A stretch of 64,000 nucleotides of DNA, taken from Pedosphaera sp. (GTDB taxonomy: Bacteria > Verrucomicrobiota > Verrucomicrobiia > Limisphaerales > SIBH01). The stretch is from the NCBI GenBank assembly GCA_031414955.1, contig JANOQV010000184.1, positions 126,105 through 190,104 of the forward strand. The letters are read 5' to 3'. A program made the position numbers and the translations under genes. The notes beneath the pieces are model-generated. The model made no database searches. It had not been told where the DNA came from and saw nothing but the letters and a program-made list of their open reading frames with translations. Positions within the stretch are counted from its first letter, which is position 1; each line of letters starts with the position of its first letter. Of this stretch, positions 1 to 9,010 are shown piece by piece.

Positions 1-615
1 CCCGCTCAACACCAGTGTTACACTCGAGGCTTGGATGTCCGCGACCAGTACGCCCTGGATTTGATCATCCACGTAGAGCGTCTTGTTGTTGATCATCACA
101 CTGGGGCTGGAGGGGCGGAAGAATATGCTTTGCAATCGCAGGGGTGGAAACTTCACCGGCTCCACGGGACGAGTCGGTGGAGGCGGCACGGCCACCACCA
201 CCGGGGCGGTGGCGGTCGGGATGGGGACGTTCGTCGGGGCCGGGCGAGATGCCTGGCGCTCAGCCAAAGATTTCTTCACCGCTTCCGTCGGTAAGGTTTT
301 CTTCGCCCCTGAGGGCTCGGTGGGATCAAGGTTGGCGGCCAGACGATTGCGTTTTTCCAGGAAAGTGAAGACGGCTGCGATGCTCACACACAGCACGAGC
401 ACGACGGCGAGAACAATCTGGACGCCCGAGGATTTGCGCGGCGCATCCTCGCCCGCCTCGGTGCCGGCAAAACCCAAGGGTGGGGGGGGAGGCAAAATCG
501 ACGGCGGCAACGCAGGCGGCGGCGGTGGCGGTGGCGCGCTGACTGGCATGGGCGGAGGCAGTGAGCCCTTGCCCAGATGGCCCGCGCGGCGCAAGGCGTC
601 ATTGATCTGGCTCAT
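1..615 (-). CDS. GspB/ExeB-like proline-rich single-TM protein (3' end runs off the window)
   Basis: My translation from ATG 615 gives MSQINDALRRA (GspB-like N-terminus), a poly-Pro tract, a TM (IVLAVVLVLCVSIAAVF) and C-terminal LQSIFF...VMINNK. It has an ATGA overlap with the ExeA-like stop and is absent from the ORF track. Confidence 0.65.
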   Translation of the reverse strand, partial: MSQINDALRRAGHLGKGSLPPPMPVSAPPPPPPPALPPSILPPPPPLGFAGTEAGEDAPRKSSGVQIVLAVVLVLCVSIAAVFTFLEKRNRLAANLDPTEPSGAKKTLPTEAVKKSLAERQASRPAPTNVPIPTATAPVVVAVPPPPTRPVEPVKFPPLRLQSIFFRPSSPSVMINNKTLYVDDQIQGVLVADIQASSVTLVLSG

Positions 616-1436
616 GTGGCGAAGTTCCCCTCCAGCTCGCGGATGGCCCGGTTGGCCAGCCCGAAATCAATGCCCATGCTCTGGTGGATAAAACCCGCGA
701 GCAGGCACTTGTCGCACACCGCGTTGACCAGCCTTGGAATGCCCTTGGTGTAATTAAAAATCCGCCAGATGGCCGCCATGCTGAAGCTTGGCGTGCCGTT
801 GGCCCCCGACACCTGGAGCCGGTGCCGGATGTAATCCTTCACCTCGCTCAATTGCAGAGGGCGCAGATGATAGCGAATGGTCACCCGCTGGCGCAGTTGC
901 CGCAGCGAATGATCGTTCAGCCGGTCCCGCAGCTCGGGCTGCCCCATGAGCACGATCTGGATCAGCTTCCGGTCATCCGTCTCCAGGTTCGAGATCAGTC
1001 GGACCTGCTCCAGCAATTCATTCGTCAAGTTCTGGGCCTCGTCGATGATCAGCACCACTTCACGTTGCTTGGCCATTTCCTCCAGCAGGAAAAAATTGAG
1101 GATTTGCAGCGTCTGAAACCGGTCTTTGTTCCGCACATCCAGACCAAACTCCGTGGCGATGGCCGACATGAGCTGGTCGGGATCCAGCAGCGGATTGAGG
1201 ATGAGCGCGGTCGAATATTGCTCGGGCGGCAATTGTTCCAGCAGGGCGCGACACAGCGTCGTCTTGCCCGCGCCGACTTCGCCCGTCAACTGCACGAAGC
1301 CCTTGCGCTCGCGGATGCCGTAAACCAGATGGTTCAACGCCTCCCGGTGCTTCGGACTCAAATAGAGGAAGCGCGGATTGGGCGTGATCATGAAGGGTGC
1401 CTCCTTCAGACCGTAAAACTGCAAATAGCCGTTCAT
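612..1436 (-). CDS. ExeA/GspA-family AAA ATPase (short form, no peptidoglycan-binding domain)
   Basis: YLQFYGLKEAPF..TPNPRF start, Walker A GEVGAGKT, Walker B LIIDEAQ, GQPEL, GIPRLVN. Confidence 0.9.
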   Translation of the reverse strand: MNGYLQFYGLKEAPFMITPNPRFLYLSPKHREALNHLVYGIRERKGFVQLTGEVGAGKTTLCRALLEQLPPEQYSTALILNPLLDPDQLMSAIATEFGLDVRNKDRFQTLQILNFFLLEEMAKQREVVLIIDEAQNLTNELLEQVRLISNLETDDRKLIQIVLMGQPELRDRLNDHSLRQLRQRVTIRYHLRPLQLSEVKDYIRHRLQVSGANGTPSFSMAAIWRIFNYTKGIPRLVNAVCDKCLLAGFIHQSMGIDFGLANRAIRELEGNFAT

Positions 1437-1624
1437 TGCTCAAAAGGTTCATCGGCTGTCTCTCACAAAAACTTCACTCGACTTCCTACAACCGCCCCTC
1501 ATGCGTTCCGCGACGGTCGGAAAACTTGCTTGGGTCGCAGGCCGTTCCGTTCCGCAATGAGGCCGAGACGGGCCGGGGACACCGGCGAGTTTTCCGGCCG
1601 GCCCGCCGCCGTGATCGGCGGGAA

Positions 1625-3277
1625 GTGATTAGTGATTGGTGCCGTCCCGGCCTTTGGGCAAGCTGCGCCGCGTTGCAATTGGGCTGGAGCAAATCACCGT
1701 GGTTTCGCCGGGGGCTGGCCGTCGTGGCTGGCGCGGCGCTGGCCCTGGCCTTTCCCAAAGCAGGCGTGGGCGGTTTGGCGTGGGTGGCACCGGCCCTCAT
1801 GCTCGGGGCGGCCCGGGGTGGAAATGCTTTTCGCCTCGGCCTGCTCGCCGGGTTCACGCAGCACCTCATTTCGCTTTCCTGGCTGCTGCACATCCCGGTG
1901 AAGTTTTATCCCATTCTCGGCTGGCTCGTGCTGGCGGGTTATCTCGCGCTCTATCCGGCGGCGTGGGTGTGGGCCTGCGGGAAGGTGGGAGGCCGGCGAA
2001 CGGAGGCAGGCTCTGAAAACTGGCTGGCCCGCAAGGGTTTCGCGCTGTTCTGCGCGGCGGCCTGGGTGGCGCTGGAAATGATCGGCGCGCGGATCTTCAC
2101 CGGCTTTCCGTGGAACATGCTCGGTGTTTCACAGCGGCAGAATCTGCTGCCGTTGGTTCAGATCGCGGCCTGGACCGGCGTTTCTGGCGTGTCATTTCTC
2201 ATCGTCTGGTTCTCGGTCTCGTTGCTCCACGCGCTCGAAGCGTTGGTCCGTCAACCGGCCGAGCGTCACGTTTGGCTCAAGGAGATCGCGCTGCCCATGC
2301 TGGTCCTGACCGTGGTTTATGCCGGTGGCCTCCATCGCATCCGTTCGGCCTCGCCGCCGGATCGCTCCCTCCGCATCGCCCTGGTGCAGCCCAGCATTCC
2401 GCAGACGATGATTTGGAACCCGGCCGACGCCGGCGCGCGTTTCGAGGAGTTGCTGAGGCTCACCGCCGCCGCGCTGACCAACCAGCCCGATCTGATCATC
2501 TGGCCTGAGGCCGCCGTGCCCAAAATGTTGCGCGACGATCCGGACCTGCAACAGGCCGTGACCCAACTGGTGCGCTCCAACCGGGTCTGGATGATTCTAG
2601 GCTCAGACGACTTTGGTTTTCGCGGCACCAACGTGCTTTTCTACAACAGTGCTTTTCTCGTGAATCCGCGCGGCGAACTGGCGGCCAGTTACGCCAAGCG
2701 CCGCCTCGTCCTCTTCGGAGAGTACGTGCCGTTCCTCGACTGGCTGCCGTTCATCAAGTATTTCACGCCCATCACCGGCGGTTTCACGGCGGGCGAACAT
2801 CCGGTTCCGTTTGACCTCCATGAACTGGGCGTGAAGACCTCCGTACTCATCTGCTTCGAGGATATTTTCCCGCCTTCCGCCCGCGAGCACGCCGCCGGGG
2901 AGATCGACTTTTTGATGAACATCACCAACGACGGCTGGTTCGGCGACAGCGGCATGCAATGGCAGCACGCCGCCAACGCCGCCTTCCGCGCCGTGGAGAA
3001 CGACCGGCCGCTCGTCCGCTGCGCCAACAATGGACTGAGCTGCTGGATCGATCGGTTTGGGGCGATGCATAACGTGGAGTTTCCTGACGGGCCGGACCTG
3101 CACCGCGCCGGATTTAAGATCGTGACCGTGCCGCTGCCGGCGCGCGCCGCCTCCCCGGCCCGGACTTTTTACCATCGGCACGGCGACTGGTTCGGATGGG
3201 CCTGCGTGGCTCTCAGCGGGCTGGTGCTGGGACTTCGATTCCGCCGGCGCGGGCGCGAGGCCGACCCGGTCCATTAG
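1625..3277 (+). CDS. lnt: Apolipoprotein N-acyltransferase (start uncertain)
   Basis: Multiple TMs plus nitrilase triad motifs WPE, YAKRRLVLFGEYVP, LICFE; also TNDGWF, RAVEN and R.ANNG.S. Confidence 0.92.
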   Translation: MISDWCRPGLWASCAALQLGWSKSPWFRRGLAVVAGAALALAFPKAGVGGLAWVAPALMLGAARGGNAFRLGLLAGFTQHLISLSWLLHIPVKFYPILGWLVLAGYLALYPAAWVWACGKVGGRRTEAGSENWLARKGFALFCAAAWVALEMIGARIFTGFPWNMLGVSQRQNLLPLVQIAAWTGVSGVSFLIVWFSVSLLHALEALVRQPAERHVWLKEIALPMLVLTVVYAGGLHRIRSASPPDRSLRIALVQPSIPQTMIWNPADAGARFEELLRLTAAALTNQPDLIIWPEAAVPKMLRDDPDLQQAVTQLVRSNRVWMILGSDDFGFRGTNVLFYNSAFLVNPRGELAASYAKRRLVLFGEYVPFLDWLPFIKYFTPITGGFTAGEHPVPFDLHELGVKTSVLICFEDIFPPSAREHAAGEIDFLMNITNDGWFGDSGMQWQHAANAAFRAVENDRPLVRCANNGLSCWIDRFGAMHNVEFPDGPDLHRAGFKIVTVPLPARAASPARTFYHRHGDWFGWACVALSGLVLGLRFRRRGREADPVH

Positions 3278-3457
3278 CCTGCCTCCTGCGCCCGGCTTGG
3301 GAAGAACGGAGCCGCCGCCGGGCGTAATCTCACCCATCCGGGCCTCGGTTCCCATCTTCGCCCGTGGGCCGCTCGCTTTCTCCGACCGCTGGTGGCTCAA
3401 GCCGTGCGTCGATAAATCCGATTGTTGCTCAGGAATGCGTACCCAGGAGAAGTCCTC

Positions 3458-6400
3458 GTGAACGCCGCACCCGGCCCGGTTTCGCCGGTGCGGCGTGCGG
3501 CTCCGCTCTGGATGGTCCTCCTGGGCGGAGTGGCGCTGGCTTTCATGGCCTTCCTCATCGCCCGGCAGCAGGAGTCGTTACGGGGGAAGTCTGAATTTGT
3601 CCGGCGGGCGGAGGTTTATTCGGCGGCCATGCAAGCCAGTCTCGCCCAGCACCTGGAAAGCCTTCGCGGCTTGCAGCGTCTGCTGCAACTTTCCTCGCGC
3701 GCGGATTCCGGCGAGTTTCAGACTTGGGCCAGGGAAATTCTTGCCGAGCGTCCGGAGTTGCAAGTGCTGGAATGGTGCCCGCGTGTGTCCGGTGCGGATC
3801 GCGCCCGATTCGAGGCCGAGGCCGGCCGCAATCGTCCGGTTCCCTTCACCATCGTCGAGCGGGATGCCCGCCGACAGCTCCGCCCGGCGGCGCCGCGTTC
3901 CGAGTATTTCCCCGTGCTCCACTTCGCGCCGGTCGAGGGCAACGAACCGGTGAATGGCTTCGATGTGGCCACGGGCCTGGCCTCCCATGAGTTGTGGCAG
4001 GCCCGCGACACCGGGCAGGCCGCGACCTCGGAGCGGTTGCGACTGGTCCAGGATGTGCGCGGTCGGTTCGGGCTGATTGTTACCCTGCCCGTGTATCAGG
4101 CGGGACCGGTTCCAGATTCGGTGGCTCAACGGCGCGAGGCTTTCGCAGGCTGCGTGCGCGGAGTGTTCCGCATGAACGAACTGTTCCAATCCGCCTGGCG
4201 CGAGGTGCCGTTCACCGGGGTGGAGACGCTGGTGGTGGACGGAGCGGCTTTGCAGCCCACGAATCGTTTCATCCTCTTCAATCACTCGACGGACGACCTC
4301 AGCGCCAACCCCGCCACCGAGCAGAACTTTCGTGAGGGCCATCATCACGAGGCCCGGCTGCTCGTGGGCGGACGCATCTGGACGATCCTCTTTCGCCCCA
4401 CGGTCGGCTGGTGGCAATCCCAGTTCAGTTGGTTGCCGCACTTTATCCTGGCCGGCGGGCTGAGCATCACGCTGCTGATTGCCGGATACCTGCGCGGCTC
4501 CCTGCGCCGCACCGAACTCATCGAGTGTACGGTGGTCGAACGCACGGCGGAATTGCAGCGGGCCAATGACTGGTTGAAACTCGAGGTCGCCGAACGGCGC
4601 CGCACCGAGGCCGAATTGTCCAAGGCCCAGGCCACCCTCATGCGGGCGCAGCGGATCGGGCGCGTCGGCAGTTGGGAGGTGGACCTGGACACGGGTGCTC
4701 TTTCCTGGTCGGAGGAGACTTGCCGCATCTTCGGGCACGATCCGGAAACCTTCCAGCCCACCCACGCCGCGTTCTATGCTGCCATTCACCCGGACGACCG
4801 GGCGCGCGTGGAAGCGGCCGGGCGCGCGGCTCGGGAGCATCAGGCCCGCTACGACACCGAGCACCGGGTTCGCCGACCGGATGGCTCCGAACACATCGTC
4901 CATGAGATGGCCGAGGTGGTGCGCGACGAACAGGGTCAGGCCCGGCGCCTGATCGGCACCGTGCAAGACATCACCGAGCGCCACTGCGCCGAGGAGCGCC
5001 TGGAAATGGAGCGCAATCTCCTGCGCACGGTCATCGACCACTTGCCTGATTACATTTCCTTCAAGGACCGCGAGGGGCGCTTCGTCATGTTGAACCAGGC
5101 CTGCCAGCAATTGCTGGGCGTGCCGCAAATGGAGGAGGCCATTGGCCGCACCGACGCCGACTTCCTGCCCGCGGAAGTGGCCATGACTTGCCTGGCCACC
5201 GACGCCCGCATCACAAATTCCGGCCAGCCGGTCATCAATCATGAAGAGCCGCTGCTCACCCGTGACGGCCAGAAGCGCGTCCTGCTCACGACCAAAATTC
5301 CGCTCCGGGATGCGCGCGGCCTTGTCACCGGCATCGTGGGCGTGTCCCGCGACATCACCGAATTGAAACACGCCGAGGAGGCCCGGCACCAGTTGGCGCG
5401 CAAGTTTCAGGAGACGCAAAAGTTGGAGAGCCTCGGCGTGCTGGCCGGCGGCATCGCGCACGATTTCAACAACCTGCTCACCGGTATTCTCGGCCATGCC
5501 GGCCTGGCCCGGCTGCGCCTGGCCCCGGATTCCGAACTCCAGCCTCACCTGGAGCAGATCGAGAACTCTTCCCTGCGCGCCGCCGACCTGTGCAAGCAGA
5601 TGCTGGCCTACTCGGGCAAGGGCCGGTTCGTCATTCAGCGCCTGCAACTCAGCCAGTTGGTTCAGGACACGGTCCAACTGCTCCAGATCTCGATCAATAA
5701 GAAGGCCGTGCTCGATCTGCAATTGGAAGGGCCTTTGCCGGTGGTCATGGGCGATGCCACTCAATTCCGACAGGTCATCATGAATCTCGTCCTGAACGCC
5801 TCGGACGCACTGGGCGACAAGCGCGGCACCATCTCCCTCTCGACCTGCGCCGTGCTGTTGAACCGCGCCACGCTGGCCGAGTACACGGGCGGCGAAGAAT
5901 TGATGCCGGGGCCCTACGTCGTGCTGGAAGTCACCGACAGCGGGTGCGGCATGAACGCAGCCACCCTGGCGCGCATCTTCGAGCCTTTCTTCACCACTAA
6001 ATTCACCGGGCGCGGCCTGGGTCTGGCGGCGGTGCTCGGCATCGTGCGCGGCCATAAAGGCGCTCTCCAAGTGCGGAGCCAGCCCGGCCTGGGTACGACC
6101 TTTCGGCTGGTGCTGCCCGCCGCCGGCCCCGCCAGCCGCGAATCCAATCTCACGGCTCGCCCCACTCCGCCCGTCGGGCGTGGTCACGGCCCGGTGCTGG
6201 TGATCGATGACGAGGAAGGCGTGCGCCTGGTCGCCAGCCAGATGCTGAAGTCCCTGGGCTTCGACGTGCTCACCGCCGCGGACGGTGAGCAGGGGGTCCA
6301 GCTCTTTCGTGCTCATCAGGACAAACTGCGCGCCGTGTTGTGCGACCTGACCATGCCGAAGAAGGACGGCGAGGAAACTATCCGCGAGATTCGTGCCCTG

Positions 6401-6601
6401 GACCCGAAGACGTGTGTGGTCCTGATGAGCGGATTCAACGAACAAGAAACGGCCGCGCGCTTCGTCAGTGCCGGGTTGGCGGGTTTTCTGCAAAAGCCCT
6501 TCACCACGGATCAATTGCGGGAACGGCTGGCCCGTCTGCTGGGGCCGGGCCGCAAACTTAAACCCGTGGTTCCCACAGTCCTGTCCAGGGTAGAGGCGTG
6601 A
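3458..6601 (+). CDS. Hybrid sensor histidine kinase (CHASE-PAS-PAS-HisKA-HATPase-REC)
   Basis: Two TMs around a CHASE-like region, two PAS/PAC, H-box AHDFNNLL, FFTTK..GRGLGL, receiver IDDE/CDLTMP/KPF. GTG 3458 follows AGGAG. Confidence 0.9.
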   Translation: MNAAPGPVSPVRRAAPLWMVLLGGVALAFMAFLIARQQESLRGKSEFVRRAEVYSAAMQASLAQHLESLRGLQRLLQLSSRADSGEFQTWAREILAERPELQVLEWCPRVSGADRARFEAEAGRNRPVPFTIVERDARRQLRPAAPRSEYFPVLHFAPVEGNEPVNGFDVATGLASHELWQARDTGQAATSERLRLVQDVRGRFGLIVTLPVYQAGPVPDSVAQRREAFAGCVRGVFRMNELFQSAWREVPFTGVETLVVDGAALQPTNRFILFNHSTDDLSANPATEQNFREGHHHEARLLVGGRIWTILFRPTVGWWQSQFSWLPHFILAGGLSITLLIAGYLRGSLRRTELIECTVVERTAELQRANDWLKLEVAERRRTEAELSKAQATLMRAQRIGRVGSWEVDLDTGALSWSEETCRIFGHDPETFQPTHAAFYAAIHPDDRARVEAAGRAAREHQARYDTEHRVRRPDGSEHIVHEMAEVVRDEQGQARRLIGTVQDITERHCAEERLEMERNLLRTVIDHLPDYISFKDREGRFVMLNQACQQLLGVPQMEEAIGRTDADFLPAEVAMTCLATDARITNSGQPVINHEEPLLTRDGQKRVLLTTKIPLRDARGLVTGIVGVSRDITELKHAEEARHQLARKFQETQKLESLGVLAGGIAHDFNNLLTGILGHAGLARLRLAPDSELQPHLEQIENSSLRAADLCKQMLAYSGKGRFVIQRLQLSQLVQDTVQLLQISINKKAVLDLQLEGPLPVVMGDATQFRQVIMNLVLNASDALGDKRGTISLSTCAVLLNRATLAEYTGGEELMPGPYVVLEVTDSGCGMNAATLARIFEPFFTTKFTGRGLGLAAVLGIVRGHKGALQVRSQPGLGTTFRLVLPAAGPASRESNLTARPTPPVGRGHGPVLVIDDEEGVRLVASQMLKSLGFDVLTAADGEQGVQLFRAHQDKLRAVLCDLTMPKKDGEETIREIRALDPKTCVVLMSGFNEQETAARFVSAGLAGFLQKPFTTDQLRERLARLLGPGRKLKPVVPTVLSRVEA

Positions 6602-6824
6602 TCGGGTGGGGCGGGTCAGCCAGCCACCGCCGACACGATTCTCGAGCTGACACCACTCGCGTGGCGCGCGGTGGCGCATCGTCCTGGCCTTCCCCGGGCG
6701 AGGCATTCTAGCCTCCAACAAGCCCAGTCTTCGGATGCGCCCCTGCTTTCCCTTGGGCCGGAACTTGATTGCCGCGCCCGTCCGCCCTGTGTTCTGCTTC
6801 GCCCGTTCCCAAAACTTGAATCGC

Positions 6825-7796
6825 ATGTCAGCACCCAAAGCTAATTTCACCCAAGCCGTGCGCGAACGCGTCGCGGAAGTCGTCGTCGGCCAGGATGTCG
6901 TCGTGGAGCGCATGATGATTGCGCTGCTCACGGGCGGGCATCTACTCCTGCTCGGCGTGCCGGGCACGGCCAAGACGCTGCTCGTGAACGCGGTCGCCAA
7001 GGCCGTCGATCTCAAGTTCAGTCGCGTGCAGTTCACCATTGATATGCTGCCGAGCGACATTCTCGGCTCGGAAATTTTGGACCAGACGGCGGGCACCTTC
7101 CGCGTCCACAAGGGGCCGGTGTTCACGAATCTCCTGCTCGCGGATGAAATCAACCGCGCCGCGCCCAAGGTGCAGAGCGCGCTGCTCGAAGCCATGCAGG
7201 AGCGCAAGGTCAGCATCGGCAACAACAGCCATCCGCTGCCCGTGCCGTTCCTCGTCATCGCCACGCAGAATCCCATCGAGCAGGCCGGCACGTTCGAGTT
7301 GCCCGAGGCGCAGCTCGACCGCTTCATGCTTTGCCATCGCCTGAACTACCCGACCTCCGAGCAGGAGGAGGAAGTGCTGCGCCGCCAGCTCAAGATGGGC
7401 CTCAAGCGCACCGAAGGCGGCGCGATGCCGAAGACGGCCTTTGACATGATTTCGCAGGAAGCGGTCTGTCACCTGAGCGAACTCGTCGGCGCGATGGAGT
7501 CGGTGCAGAAGGTTCACGTCAGCGATGTGTTCATGAAACACTGCGTCGAGTTCGTGCGGCTGACGCGCGCGCATCCGGCCATTGAACTCGGCTGCTCGCC
7601 GCGCGCCGGACTGGCCATCGTGCAAGCCGCGCGCGCCCGCGCCTTTATCCACGACCGCGACTACGTGGTGCCGGAAGATTTGTTCCAGCTCGCCGAAGAC
7701 GTGGTGCTCCACCGCATCCGCCTGAGCTACGAAGCGCTGGCCGAAGGCAAGAAGCCCGCGGCGGTGCTGGAGGAGATGTTGAAGAAGTTGGGGTGA
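6825..7796 (+). CDS. MoxR-family AAA+ ATPase
   Basis: GHLLLLGVPGTAKT, RVQFT.DMLPSDI, LADEINRA.PKVQSALLEAMQE, ATQNPIEQAGT..LPEAQLDRF, SPRA. Confidence 0.95.
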   Translation: MSAPKANFTQAVRERVAEVVVGQDVVVERMMIALLTGGHLLLLGVPGTAKTLLVNAVAKAVDLKFSRVQFTIDMLPSDILGSEILDQTAGTFRVHKGPVFTNLLLADEINRAAPKVQSALLEAMQERKVSIGNNSHPLPVPFLVIATQNPIEQAGTFELPEAQLDRFMLCHRLNYPTSEQEEEVLRRQLKMGLKRTEGGAMPKTAFDMISQEAVCHLSELVGAMESVQKVHVSDVFMKHCVEFVRLTRAHPAIELGCSPRAGLAIVQAARARAFIHDRDYVVPEDLFQLAEDVVLHRIRLSYEALAEGKKPAAVLEEMLKKLG

Positions 7797-7824
7797 AGAA
7801 CCGCGAATGGACACGAATTCAGAA

Positions 7825-8059
7825 CGGAGCGCCGCCGTCCCCGGCGGCTTGGGACGGGTGAAAACATTGACGGCTGAATCAAACCAGAGATGAACGCGAG
7901 CAGTAACTTGAGCATCGTAAGCCAGCGAAGACGCTGGCGCTCCGGAGCGCCGCCGTCCCGGCGGCTTTCGGCAAACGAATAGCTTAAAGGCTGAATCAAA
8001 CCAGTGATGAGCACAGGCAGGAAATCCAACGCGCAAAGCCGGCGGGCCGCCGGCGCTCC
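7825..8059. repeat. Two tandem REP doublets (REPIN-like, class A, ~118 bp each)
   Basis: GGAGCGCCGCCGTCC(C)CGGCGGCT ... GGCTGAATCAAACCAG ... AGCC(G/A)GCG..CGC(C/T)GGCGCTCC at 7825-7944, and a diverged copy at 7943-8059. Confidence 0.85.
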
Positions 8060-8813
8060 TGCCCGTCGTTCCACACCGCCTTACAATCCCGGCCTGCAAA
8101 AACTTGTTGAAGGCAAACAGGCATGGACCGTACCGCTGGACGATGACGCCAAGGCCAAGGGCTTTCTCGGCTGGCATCAGCGCGGTTATGTGCCGCACTA
8201 CGATGCGCCTGGGCTGACGCAAATCGTCACGATTCGACTGGCCGACTCGCTGCCTGCCAGTCGCCGGGGCGAATGGGAGCATTTGTTGAGCATCGAAGAC
8301 GACCGCCAGCGTCGTCGCCGTTTGGAGGAATATCTGGATCGCGGCCTGGGCGAATGCTGGCTCGGACGGCCCGAAATCGCGACGCTGGCCGAGTCCGCGC
8401 TGCGCCACTTTGATGGCGAACGCTACGGCTTGGGCGCATGGGTGGTGATGCCGAATCACCTGCACCTGCTCGTGGATGTCTGGGATGTGCCCCTGTCCAA
8501 GTTGATTGCAGGTTGGAAGAGCTTCATCGCGCACGAAGCCAATCAGGTTTTGCATCGAACCGGAGAATTTTGGCAGCGCGAATATCTCGACACGGTAATC
8601 CGGGATGAGACGCACCGGCGGACGGCGGTGAAATATATCGAGAACAATCCGGTGAAAGCGGGTTTTGTCCGCGAGGCGAAGGAATGGAATTGGAGCAGCG
8701 CGCGCCATCGGGATGATTACGGGAACTTGCCGCCTGTGCCCGCAAAAGGAGCGTCCGCAGAACGGAGCGCCGCCGTCCCGTCGGCTTTGGACGAACGAAA
8801 AGTCGAGGGCTGA
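8004..8813 (+). mobile_element. REP-associated tyrosine transposase (RAYT, HUH/Y1 family)
   Basis: WHQRGYVPHYD, VTIRLADSLP, HUH motif WVVMPNHLHLL, WKS, FWQREYLD..IRDE, catalytic YIENNPVKAG, W.WSS; flanked by REP doublets. Confidence 0.9.
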
Positions 8814-8880
8814 ATCAAACCAGAGATGAACGCGCGCAGTGATTTGAACATCGTAAGCCGGCGAGGACGCCGGCGCTCCG
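8763..8880. repeat. REP doublet class A (copy 3)
   Basis: Same termini and core (GGCTGAATCAAACCAGAGATGAAC) as 7825-7944. Confidence 0.9.
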
Positions 8881-8889
8881 GCGCGGAGA

Positions 8890-8986
8890 CGCAACCCTTT
8901 CAGGGTTGGGAAAATCCGGGAACGAACACCCAGGGTAGTCGCTGCGCGCCAACCCTGGGCTGGAGGACGGAACGCCGTTGGCGTTC
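8890..8986. repeat. Multi-hairpin palindromic repeat (AACCC.TTCAGGGTT / CCCAGGG..CCCTGGG / AACGCCGTTGGCGTT type)
   Basis: Three short palindromes in a row; a related arrangement occurs at 15660-15730. Confidence 0.6.
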
Positions 8987-9010
8987 AACTGGAATGAATC
9001 AACAAGAACC

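Noticed and set aside
83..691. 202-aa Gly-rich plus-strand ORF
   Set aside because: It is the antisense of the Pro-rich GspB-like gene, which is ATGA-coupled to the ExeA-like gene.
3578..7327. 1249-aa antisense ORF (also 17722-19635, 24175-25896, 58502-62146 and many smaller ones)
   Set aside because: These are shadow frames opposite well-supported genes in high-GC DNA, with no recognisable motifs.
7793..7982. Chain of tiny overlapping ORFs (7793-7861, 7858-7893, 7890-7982) from moxR toward the RAYT
   Set aside because: The overlaps are real, but the ORFs are 11-30 aa, lack clear RBSs and stop 21 nt short of the RAYT start, so chance cannot be excluded.
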